20,383 nt of DNA, taken from the NCBI GenBank assembly GCA_046726415.1, contig JBKPAK010000218.1:1-20383 (forward strand), given 5' to 3'. Of this stretch, positions 8,620 through 16,371 are shown piece after piece. How positions within the stretch are numbered: position 1 is the first letter of the stretch; every line of letters starts with the position of its first letter. The DNA is from Candidatus Methylomirabilota bacterium (lineage in GTDB: Bacteria > Methylomirabilota > Methylomirabilia > Rokubacteriales > CSP1-6). The translations under genes were made by a program, and so were the position numbers. Under the pieces are notes generated by a model. It was not told the origin of the DNA. It did no database searches and saw only the letters and a list, made by a program, of their open reading frames with translations.

Positions 8620-9616
8620 AACCATGTAGCCAGCCCTTGGCACGCTTGATCCTGCTCTCGGCCCTCAGCAGATACCCTGCCAGGGAAGATCGTGGTGCGA
8701 GCCGGACTCGCTTGAGACGTTCGACTCGCGTCGACCATTGGACCGTCCACTCCGGGCCCCCAGGTATGGCCACCGCCATAATCCTCGGATCCCCAAAACA
8801 CTCCCGTAGACTGAGTCGGAAAAGGATCGCTCCAGGACTCAAACGGTCAAACTCCTCATCGTACGCAGTCTTCAAGTAGAAAAGGGTGAGGCCATCCACG
8901 ATCCCCAGGTAGAACGCCAAGAGTCGCTCACCAAGGCTCAACACGAATAAACGAAGCCGTCCCTGATCGGCAGCCGACACGGCTATCTTCCGATAGAAGC
9001 GTGCTTCATTCGCTCGCAGCAAGATGGCGCTTCCTTCTCGCCCCTTCCACCCGGAAGCCTCAAGGCGAAGTGCCCGCTCATACCATTCGCGCCATTCAGG
9101 TCCACGACCCACTTCCCCAGATGTGACGGCACCGAGTGCACGAAGCTGTCGCTCCTGCTGGTTGAGCTTTCTGCGCCTCGGAGAGGCCCCGAGGTACTCG
9201 TCCCAATCTCCACTCACATCAATGACCGGGCTCTTCTCCGCATCATCGATCACCGCGCACCACCGTCCAGTCCTCACCAAGTCACTTATGAGATTCAGCG
9301 TCACACCTCCGTCCGGCACGAGACTCAATTCGATCCCGTGAGCTCGAGACGCGGACAGGGTCTCCAGGAGAAACCTACCCACATGCTCCACGGACACACC
9401 GGCGCGTGTTTTCCAGTCGTACCGTGGCGTATGAGCGTTAACCGGCGCCACAAGAAACCGAACCGGGCGCCTGAACAGGCGTGTCGTACCTTCGATGAGC
9501 TCGCAGTCTCCGTCCAAACCCGATGGACCCAACGGATATTGTCGAGCATCCGACGCGAACGCTTCATGCCATGCCTCGAACCACACCCTATCGCCAAAAC
9601 CTTCCACGCAGATCAT
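8579..9616 (-). CDS. GNAT-family acyltransferase (CelD/BcsL-like, Acetyltransf_6 type)
   Basis: 'SPVIDVSGDWDEYL', 'LEASGWKGREGSAI', 'LRLFVLSLGERLLAF', 'YLKTAYDEEFDRLSPGAIL'; lower GC than flanks. Confidence 0.82.
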   Translation of the reverse strand: MICVEGFGDRVWFEAWHEAFASDARQYPLGPSGLDGDCELIEGTTRLFRRPVRFLVAPVNAHTPRYDWKTRAGVSVEHVGRFLLETLSASRAHGIELSLVPDGGVTLNLISDLVRTGRWCAVIDDAEKSPVIDVSGDWDEYLGASPRRRKLNQQERQLRALGAVTSGEVGRGPEWREWYERALRLEASGWKGREGSAILLRANEARFYRKIAVSAADQGRLRLFVLSLGERLLAFYLGIVDGLTLFYLKTAYDEEFDRLSPGAILFRLSLRECFGDPRIMAVAIPGGPEWTVQWSTRVERLKRVRLAPRSSLAGYLLRAESRIKRAKGWLHGFRSASPSHRGRAC

Positions 9617-9623
9617 TTTCCGC

Positions 9624-10622
9624 TCAATCAGCTCGAGCAGCCATCCGCCAGCCTGTGGCCCGTCTTACCCGGAGGAGGAGCTTTCGCCCGGTAGGCCCCA
9701 CTAGGCTGGCGGCTAGCAAGAGAGCAGTGACGGTTCGTGGCTGCGCGCTGAAGCTGGCTAATAGGTACCGTCGAGCCTTCTTGACGTTGCCATCACGGAG
9801 CGCAATCGTTCCCAGCCGGTACAGCCATACGGCTCGCTGTCGTGCGAAATATCGCCAGGCTCCAGCCGCATATGCTTGGGGGTAGGCTCGGACTTTGTCT
9901 GCGATGAGGATTCGCTCCGCGAGCATCCGCTCACTCTTGAGTGATGCATTCCCCTCCCACATCCGCGACAGAACGAGCGGCCTCTCAATTGCGATGGCCC
10001 GCCACGCCACGAGGAGCCGCATCCAGCACTCCGCGTCATCGCATAATCTGAGATCCTCGTCGAATCCCCCTATGCTCTCGATTGCCGAACGCCGCAACAG
10101 GACGGTCGACGGAGAAATGAAGTTGCTGCGCATCACACTGTCCACGGTTGCTTGAGACAGCAAGTACTCGCAGTCACCGAGTGGGTGCTTCGCCAGGGAC
10201 GCGTACGCGGGCGTCGCGAGGAGAAAGCCGTCCTCGACGATCTCCCCTCCGTCCCGGAACAGCGTCATGTCCGTGAAGACGAGGCCCGCCTCCCCGTGGG
10301 CGTCCAGCAGGTCGACCTGCCGGCGCAGCTTCCCGGGTAGCCACACGTCGTCCTGGTCGAGCAGCGCGACGTACGGTGCCCGACCGAGCTGGAGACCCGT
10401 GTTCCGGGCGCCCGAGACCCCCTTGTTCTGTTGGGACTTCAGGATGATTCGCGACCCGTACGAGCGGACCACCTGCGCCGTGTCGTCCGTCGATCCGTCG
10501 TCGATCACGAAGATGCGGCACGCGACGTCGTTCTGGGCCAGCGCGCTGTCGAGCGCCTCGCGGATCACCACGGCGCCGTTGTATGCCGGCAGGACCACGT
10601 CGACCTCCGGACGGGTCGGCAT
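9624..10622 (-). CDS. GT2 family glycosyltransferase
   Basis: VDVVLPAYN, VIDDGSTD, NKGVSGARNTG, LLDQDDVWLPGKL, GGFDEDL. Start is ATG 10622 or GTG 10628 (GTGA overlap with the GT4 stop). Confidence 0.9.
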   Translation of the reverse strand: MPTRPEVDVVLPAYNGAVVIREALDSALAQNDVACRIFVIDDGSTDDTAQVVRSYGSRIILKSQQNKGVSGARNTGLQLGRAPYVALLDQDDVWLPGKLRRQVDLLDAHGEAGLVFTDMTLFRDGGEIVEDGFLLATPAYASLAKHPLGDCEYLLSQATVDSVMRSNFISPSTVLLRRSAIESIGGFDEDLRLCDDAECWMRLLVAWRAIAIERPLVLSRMWEGNASLKSERMLAERILIADKVRAYPQAYAAGAWRYFARQRAVWLYRLGTIALRDGNVKKARRYLLASFSAQPRTVTALLLAASLVGPTGRKLLLRVRRATGWRMAARAD

Positions 10623-10624
10623 GC

Positions 10625-11947
10625 TCACCGCCCCGCTCCCGTCGCCTCGGCGGCGATAGCCTCGCGGAAGGCATCGACCGTCTCCGCGGCGACGATCGCG
10701 CTCGAGCAAGCCCGCTCGACGGCAGCCCGGCCGCGGGTGCCGATCGATTCGCGTGCTCCCGGCGACATGGCGAGTACCGCCGAGAGGCACGCCGCTAACG
10801 CCTGCGGGTCGCCCGGTGGCACCTGGAATCCGGACTCGCCGTCGACGACGAGCTCGGCCGCGCCTACGGAGGTCGTGATCACGCACGGCCGCCCGCAGGC
10901 CATGGCTTCCAGCACGACGTTCGGATACACATCGTTCAGCGATGGCAGCACCAGCAGTGAGCACCGACGGTAGAAGGACACGAGCTCGTGCTGAGGCACC
11001 GGGTCGAAGAACCGCACACATCCGGCGGCGGCGTGATCACCAAGATGCTGGAGGAGCCACGCCTTCATCGAAGTCCCCCGGGGGCCGGACCGGGTGTCGT
11101 TCCCGACGAACCAGAACTCGGTGCCGGGTTTCTGCCGGCTCACCGCCGGGATGGCCGCGGCGAGGGTCTCCACGCCCTTCAGCCGCTGGAGGTGACCCAC
11201 GAACAGAACGACCGCCCGCGACGACGGGCTGGCGCCGCCGGGCCGGAACACGGACAGGTCGATCGGATTCCGGATGATGCGGATCCGGCTCGGGTCCACC
11301 GCCCACGCCTTGGCCATTTCGTCGGCGAACCGCCGGCTTGCGCAGACGACGAGGGCGGCCCGCTTCACGGGGCGACGCTCCATCCATTCCTCGACGCGTG
11401 CGCGGACCGGAGGGACCGTTCGCCCATCCCAGCGCTGAACCACGCTGGCGGGCCCATATAGATGGACGGTGAACGGCGTCGTCGGCGAGTACGAATACCG
11501 CCATCCCTCCCCGTATCCGTCCGCGAAGCTCACGACGTCGAAGTTGTGATCTCGCTGGAGCACGCTCAGCGCGCGCCCGACCGCCCAGGACCTCCGCATC
11601 CACGCCACGGGGACCCAGCGCCCGAGCTTCCACAGCCGCTGGCCGCGTCGGGGCACTCCGACGACGCGGACCTTCCCGTCCGTGTAGACGTGTCGCGAGA
11701 CCTCACCCGACTCCGTTAGCACGGTCACCTCTTGTCCCATGCCCGCCATCGCCCGCGCCAGCGTCGCCGTGTGCGTGGCGATCCCGCCCACCCCCGGCCT
11801 CGAATCCGAGGGGTAGTCGGCGGACACGAAGCAGATCCTCAACGTGGCAGCGTTGCCATTGACGATATCGGGTTCCCGGCGTATCGTCCCGGCGCGTTGA
11901 TCGCCGATCACGACGGACCCCGCTTGACGCCGCGGCACAGCGGTCAT
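10625..11947 (-). CDS. GT4 family glycosyltransferase
   Basis: 'LRICFVSADYP...GGIATHT', IRNPIDL, LFVGHLQRLKGV, 'LPSLNDVYPNVVLEAMACGRP', 'ELVVDGESG'. ATG 11947 forms an ATGA overlap with the upstream stop. Confidence 0.9.
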   Translation of the reverse strand: MTAVPRRQAGSVVIGDQRAGTIRREPDIVNGNAATLRICFVSADYPSDSRPGVGGIATHTATLARAMAGMGQEVTVLTESGEVSRHVYTDGKVRVVGVPRRGQRLWKLGRWVPVAWMRRSWAVGRALSVLQRDHNFDVVSFADGYGEGWRYSYSPTTPFTVHLYGPASVVQRWDGRTVPPVRARVEEWMERRPVKRAALVVCASRRFADEMAKAWAVDPSRIRIIRNPIDLSVFRPGGASPSSRAVVLFVGHLQRLKGVETLAAAIPAVSRQKPGTEFWFVGNDTRSGPRGTSMKAWLLQHLGDHAAAGCVRFFDPVPQHELVSFYRRCSLLVLPSLNDVYPNVVLEAMACGRPCVITTSVGAAELVVDGESGFQVPPGDPQALAACLSAVLAMSPGARESIGTRGRAAVERACSSAIVAAETVDAFREAIAAEATGAGR

Positions 11948-12273
11948 GCTTCGGTCACCGCGCGCGCCCGGGCCTCGTCGAGGATGCCGCTCCATCGCGG
12001 GAACTCGCCCCGGCCCATGCGCTCGACGAGGTCTTCCACGGTCAGGACCCGGTAGGCCCCTGCAATGTAGGCCATGTGCTGCGCGAAAATCCGGGTCGGC
12101 ACCGCCGGGAAGAACGGATCACCGTCGTCGTTCACCCGGTGGTACGTCAGGATCTGAGCCGCCGGACGGACTCTCCCGTGCTTCGCCAGCAGCTCCAGCA
12201 AGCGGATCAGCCGTGTGCGGTACACGACGCCTGCGACACTGCGGACGACCTGAGCGCGTCTCGACCCGGTCAC
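11944..12273 (-). pseudogene. Truncated polysaccharide deacetylase (5' ~92 codons) fused in frame to an unrelated 16-aa tail
   Basis: GTG 12273 (GTGA overlap). Colinear with the N-terminus of 7240-8358 up to ERMGRGEFPR, stops just before the catalytic TFDDGY, then reads WSGILDEARARAVTEA*. Confidence 0.88.
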
Positions 12274-12310
12274 GACGCCCCCGCTCCGTCCATGTGCCGC
12301 CGCTGCCAGA
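11996..12310. repeat. Diverged direct repeat A, copy 2 (partner 8081-8395)
   Basis: See copy 1; 20-nt perfect stretch 12011-12030 = 8096-8115. Confidence 0.9.
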
Positions 12311-14120
12311 GCTCCAGCATCAGGACGTTCCAGAGGATGTCCCCGTAGTACGGCGTCCGATCCGCCTCGTGCCGGTCGAACAGCCACTCGACTGCTCCCG
12401 GGCGCAGGTACCCGCGCTGCAGGGCGCGGGAGGACACCAGGGTGTCACGCGCCAGCTCCCGGAACCCCGTGTGCGTCTTCATCCACGCGCTAGTCGGTAC
12501 GCCGAACCCATGCTTGCGCTTGGCGAGCGTCTCGGCGGCGAGAAGAGGTCCGAACGCCCGCTTGAACAGATATCGCTTCTCGAGTCCTCGGAGCTTGAAC
12601 CGCGCCGGCATGGCCCCCGTGAACTCCACGAGGGGCAGGCTAAGGAATGGAAAGCGGACCGCCACCCCGGCCAGCTCGGCGGTGCGAGTCACTTTCAGCA
12701 AGTCGTTGTCCCCGAGGGTCACCTTCAGATCGATGTACATGAGGCGGTTCAGCTCGGCGGTCGCCCGGACCTGGCGATAGTAGCTCTCGAGGACGGCATA
12801 CGGGGCTCGTGTCGAGACCGCCTCTCTGACGCTCGCGCTCAGGAACTGCTCGGCGGCCCGAGCGAAGAGGAACTCGGAGAAGTAGTACCGATCGGGGTTC
12901 GGAAGGCTCGCGCGCCGAGCGTACCGACGAGCCCGCGCAAGAAGGCTGGTTCCGTCCTCGGCGACCCGCGACAGCACCGGCTCCAGGAGGGTGCGGCGAA
13001 CGATCCGGGGAATCAGAGCGTACCGTGCGAAGATGCGGTCGGTCCGGTAGCGCTCGTTGCCTCCGAAGATCTCGTCCCCGCCGTCGCCCGCCAGAAGCCG
13101 CCGGACCCCGCATTCGCGAGCGGCGTCGGCGCAGGCAAGCGTCCCGATCGCCGAGCTGTTGCCGTGCGGCTCATCGTAGGCCTCGACCAGACGCGGCAGG
13201 CTCGCGAGCGCTTCGTCTGGCCCTAGGATGCGCGTGTAGTGTGCCGCCTCGAAGTGCCGCGCCGTGATCCTTGCATACTCGAGCTCGTCGTAACGCTCTT
13301 CGGAGAAGCCGACCGAGAACGCTTGAATCCGCTCTCCGGTGAGGCGGGTCGCGAGCCCCACCACCGTGCTGCTGTCGGTTCCACCGCTGAGATACGCCCC
13401 CACCTCTTTCGGAGCGATCTCTCGCAGGGTGTCGGCGACGGCTTGCTCCGTCAACTCGTACAGCTTGGCCGTCGCGTCGGCCCGCCGCATGGGCCGTTCC
13501 GGGTACGCCATGTCCCAGTAGGGCTCGACTGAGGGCCCGTCTGCACGGAGCTTGGCCAGATGTCCCGGAGGCAACCGCAAGAGCCCGGCAAAGATCGAGC
13601 GCGGCGCCGGCACGAACCCGAAGTTGAGATAGCTGTACACGCTGCCGAGGTCGGCATTTCGCCCCACATCAGGGAGTCTCGTCAGCGAGCTCGGCCACGA
13701 CGCAAAGGCTGCGCGCTTCGGACTGCTGGTGTAGTAGAGCCGCTTCACCCCGAAATGGTCCACCGCCAGGAGGAGCTGCTTTCGGCCCGGGTCCCAGATC
13801 GCGAGCGCGAACGCGCCGCGCAGACGTCGGACGAAGTCAGGTCCCTCCTCCTGGTAGAGCCTGGCCATAAGCGAGACCGGCGGTCGCGACGAGTCTGCGA
13901 GGGCCCCGAGTTCGTGAAGGTTACTCAGCTCCACATCGGCCGCGATCAGCAGACCATCCTGCGAGCGCGCGTGCTCCGCCTCACCCGAAGTCCAGAACGC
14001 CGCCGACCCTGGGCCCCCGAAATGATGCGACGTGGAGCCGGACGGGCCGCCCGCCATCGCCCGAGCGCCTGCCGACGCCGCCCCGTTCGCGCCGGCCCAG
14101 GCAACGTGGCCGCCGATCAT
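12270..14120 (-). CDS. Asparagine-synthase-related protein lacking the N-terminal catalytic Cys
   Basis: Starts MIGGHVAW (ATGA overlap at 14117-14120; alternative start 14126). Retains LRGAFALAIWD, AVDHFGVKRLYY, YLSGGTDSS, LAGDGGDEIFGG, VRFPFL and KHGF; lacks MCGI, HRGPD and NGEIYN. Confidence 0.88.
   Translation of the reverse strand: MIGGHVAWAGANGAASAGARAMAGGPSGSTSHHFGGPGSAAFWTSGEAEHARSQDGLLIAADVELSNLHELGALADSSRPPVSLMARLYQEEGPDFVRRLRGAFALAIWDPGRKQLLLAVDHFGVKRLYYTSSPKRAAFASWPSSLTRLPDVGRNADLGSVYSYLNFGFVPAPRSIFAGLLRLPPGHLAKLRADGPSVEPYWDMAYPERPMRRADATAKLYELTEQAVADTLREIAPKEVGAYLSGGTDSSTVVGLATRLTGERIQAFSVGFSEERYDELEYARITARHFEAAHYTRILGPDEALASLPRLVEAYDEPHGNSSAIGTLACADAARECGVRRLLAGDGGDEIFGGNERYRTDRIFARYALIPRIVRRTLLEPVLSRVAEDGTSLLARARRYARRASLPNPDRYYFSEFLFARAAEQFLSASVREAVSTRAPYAVLESYYRQVRATAELNRLMYIDLKVTLGDNDLLKVTRTAELAGVAVRFPFLSLPLVEFTGAMPARFKLRGLEKRYLFKRAFGPLLAAETLAKRKHGFGVPTSAWMKTHTGFRELARDTLVSSRALQRGYLRPGAVEWLFDRHEADRTPYYGDILWNVLMLELWQRRHMDGAGAS
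13499..13722. repeat. Diverged direct repeat B, copy 2 (partner 8396-8619)
   Basis: See copy 1. Confidence 0.92.
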
Positions 14121-15226
14121 GCGCATGAGGGCCTGACCTTCTCACGGATACGGCGGAGCGCTGGGAGCACGCGTGTCTCGAGCCCATACAGCATGCGGCC
14201 GTATTGGGTCGGCGCGTAGACGTGAATGGTATGGGTCTCACGACTGCCGGTCGCCCACCTGAGCTTGTAGGGGTTCGCCCCGGGGCCCATGTTGTATGTG
14301 TGGACGTCTTGTCGCTCGAACAGCGAGCGGACGATCCGCAGGTTCAGGACGGCGCCGGGGGACAGTGTCTCAGCTCCCGCGTCGAAGTCGGCCCGGAGCG
14401 CGTAGAGGCTCCCGTTCGACTTGATCTGATATTCCGTGGCGAGCGCCCGACCATCCACGCGGAGGATCCACAGACGCAGCCACCCGTTCACGCTAGCCCG
14501 CCGCGTGAACTCGCGGAAGAACCTCGACGCCCCCGGCATGTTCACCATCGCGAGCCCGCGCGATCCTTTCCAGCTCTGAAGGGACACATCCATGAGCTCG
14601 GCAAAGATGGGACCGTCGGGGTCGACCTCCCGATGCTCCTCGACCGTCACGGTCCCGCTCTTCTCCAACCGATTCTCGATGCTTCGGCAGGTCTTCCGGA
14701 ACCGCTGGCTCCGCTGCCCGAGGTAGTCCTCCCACGTCCCCGAGATCTCGACGCACGGCGAGGCCTCGCGTCTCCCCTCGCGCCACGGCCATCGGCCTGC
14801 CAGGGCAGCCCGGAGCGCCTCCAGGGTCGCCGACTCGGGCGACAGTTTTCTGAACGAGAGGACGTCCCAGGCACCGGCCTGCCTGAGGGCGCGCAGGAAC
14901 TCGGGAATCACCTCCTCTGCTCTTCTTGCTGTCGGAATGTCGACAAAGGGAGTATCGGGACACTCGAGGAACGAAAGGAGTCGAACCGGCAGCCCCCAGG
15001 CGCGGGTTCGCACGCGCGTCAAGGGCAGAAACGCAACGGGGCTGCCTGCATCCTCGAGTACCCACAGCTCCCGCCGGCGATCCGGGCCGGCCGTGCGCCA
15101 GCAGCACGCGAACCAGTCATGGCTGAGGAACGGGGAGTCGCCTCCCCCGACCTGGCTCACGCCGCGCCAGGCCGAGGCGAGGGCGTCGAACTCACGGAGC
15201 GACGTCACACAACGTACGACCATCAT
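14117..15226 (-). CDS. GNAT-family acyltransferase (CelD/BcsL-like, Acetyltransf_6 type)
   Basis: 'FDALASAW', 'SPFLSHDW', 'SPCVEISGTWEDYL', 'SWKG', 'LSPGAVL', 'GPGANPYKLRWATG'. GGGAG RBS precedes ATG 15226/15223. Confidence 0.85.
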   Translation of the reverse strand: MMVVRCVTSLREFDALASAWRGVSQVGGGDSPFLSHDWFACCWRTAGPDRRRELWVLEDAGSPVAFLPLTRVRTRAWGLPVRLLSFLECPDTPFVDIPTARRAEEVIPEFLRALRQAGAWDVLSFRKLSPESATLEALRAALAGRWPWREGRREASPCVEISGTWEDYLGQRSQRFRKTCRSIENRLEKSGTVTVEEHREVDPDGPIFAELMDVSLQSWKGSRGLAMVNMPGASRFFREFTRRASVNGWLRLWILRVDGRALATEYQIKSNGSLYALRADFDAGAETLSPGAVLNLRIVRSLFERQDVHTYNMGPGANPYKLRWATGSRETHTIHVYAPTQYGRMLYGLETRVLPALRRIREKVRPSCA

Positions 15227-15334
15227 CGACTCCCGAACCCGGTGGTTCTCGACGTCATGGGCACATTGAACGCAGATCGTTTGGTGAATCGATTCGAACC
15301 GCGAGCCATCCCTTCGAGTCCCCCTTGACAGCTC

Positions 15335-16357
15335 TCAGGGAAGGTATCGGCTGAGGCCGGGCCCCAGAACCTTCGTGAGGCCCACGGGCAGCCGCTTCCA
15401 TGTCTCGACGGCCAGGTGAAACCGGGGGTTCGACGGGCTCACGTTCGGGATCTCGTGTTGTCGGAGCAGCGCGTACTGGTACGGGAGCGGGCTGGGGTCG
15501 AAGCCCCAGTGGCGCTTGAAGTGATAGGCCCCCGTCCCTTCACGGCTGCGGCCGAAATCGAACACCTGGTACCCCGCCCGCGCCGCATGACACATCAGCT
15601 CCCAGTACATGAAGTCGTTGACCGCCCAGGGGAGCGTCTCAGGACGGGCGCCGCCGTAGTATGGGAGCACCTGGTCCTCGTAGAAGAAGGTCAGCACGCC
15701 GGCCACGAGCCGTTCGTGCCGCCAGACGGTCATCAGCTCGCATTCCTTCCCGAACGCGTCGCGCAGGGCATGGAACCAACGCCGCGGGAATACGGGCGTT
15801 CCGAGGTTTCGGAGGCTCTCGGCGTAGACGTCGTAGAAGGTGTCAAGGTGCTGTGCACCGATCTCCGCCCGCAGCCCGTGCTTTGCTCCTTGCCGCGTCA
15901 TCCGGCGTTGTTTCGACGGGATCGCGCGGGCGTTCGCCTCGTCGTCGCCGGAGATCGGGCGTGCGAACGTCGCGTAGAGGGATTTCGTCGGCAGGTCGAG
16001 ACCTTGCGGGCGGCGGTGGCGGAGCTCAACGAATGTCGCGCCTCGCTCCCGTCCGAGCTCTGTCGCGGCGGCGAGGAGTGCCTGCCGAGCCGCTTCGGAC
16101 GTGGCGCAGATCCCGCCGTAGACGCCGTACGGCACGGACACGAGACTCCGGCCCCCGAGGGGGCCCCGGGTCTCGAACAGCGGCAGCACGCCGGCTATCG
16201 CGTCATCCCGTCTCGCCAGAAGGTAATGGGACCGATGGCTGAACACCGCTTCGACCGCGCGCTTCCACGCAGTGAGATGGAATGGCGAGCCGTCCGGGCA
16301 TGTCCGGACGAACGCGTCCCAGTCGGCGCTCTCCTGACCCAGCTCCTCGATGTCCAC
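15335..16357 (-). CDS. FemAB-like protein, XrtA/PEP-CTERM system-associated type
   Basis: 'WDAFV...SPFHLTAWK', 'LVSVPYGVYGG', 'VELRH', 'LRNLGTPVFP', 'VLPYYGG', 'NDFMYWELM', 'FDFGRSREGTGAYHFKRHWGF', 'NVSPSNPRF'; GTG start. Confidence 0.88.
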   Translation of the reverse strand: MDIEELGQESADWDAFVRTCPDGSPFHLTAWKRAVEAVFSHRSHYLLARRDDAIAGVLPLFETRGPLGGRSLVSVPYGVYGGICATSEAARQALLAAATELGRERGATFVELRHRRPQGLDLPTKSLYATFARPISGDDEANARAIPSKQRRMTRQGAKHGLRAEIGAQHLDTFYDVYAESLRNLGTPVFPRRWFHALRDAFGKECELMTVWRHERLVAGVLTFFYEDQVLPYYGGARPETLPWAVNDFMYWELMCHAARAGYQVFDFGRSREGTGAYHFKRHWGFDPSPLPYQYALLRQHEIPNVSPSNPRFHLAVETWKRLPVGLTKVLGPGLSRYLP

Positions 16358-16371
16358 GTGTCGCCGCCCGC

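Noticed and set aside
8355-8801. 148-aa ORF as a real standalone gene
   Set aside because: Its first ~60 codons are an off-frame read of the GNAT; only 8355-8619 has homology, as a relic
15294-15308. TGGCTCGCGGTTCGA as a sigma54 -24/-12 site
   Set aside because: Has GA rather than the invariant GC at -12
12270-15309. Lasso peptide system (Cys-less AsnB homologue as cyclase, 28-aa ORF as precursor)
   Set aside because: No RRE/PqqD or transglutaminase-like B protein; the peptide has no Asp/Glu for ring closure; the context is entirely polysaccharide
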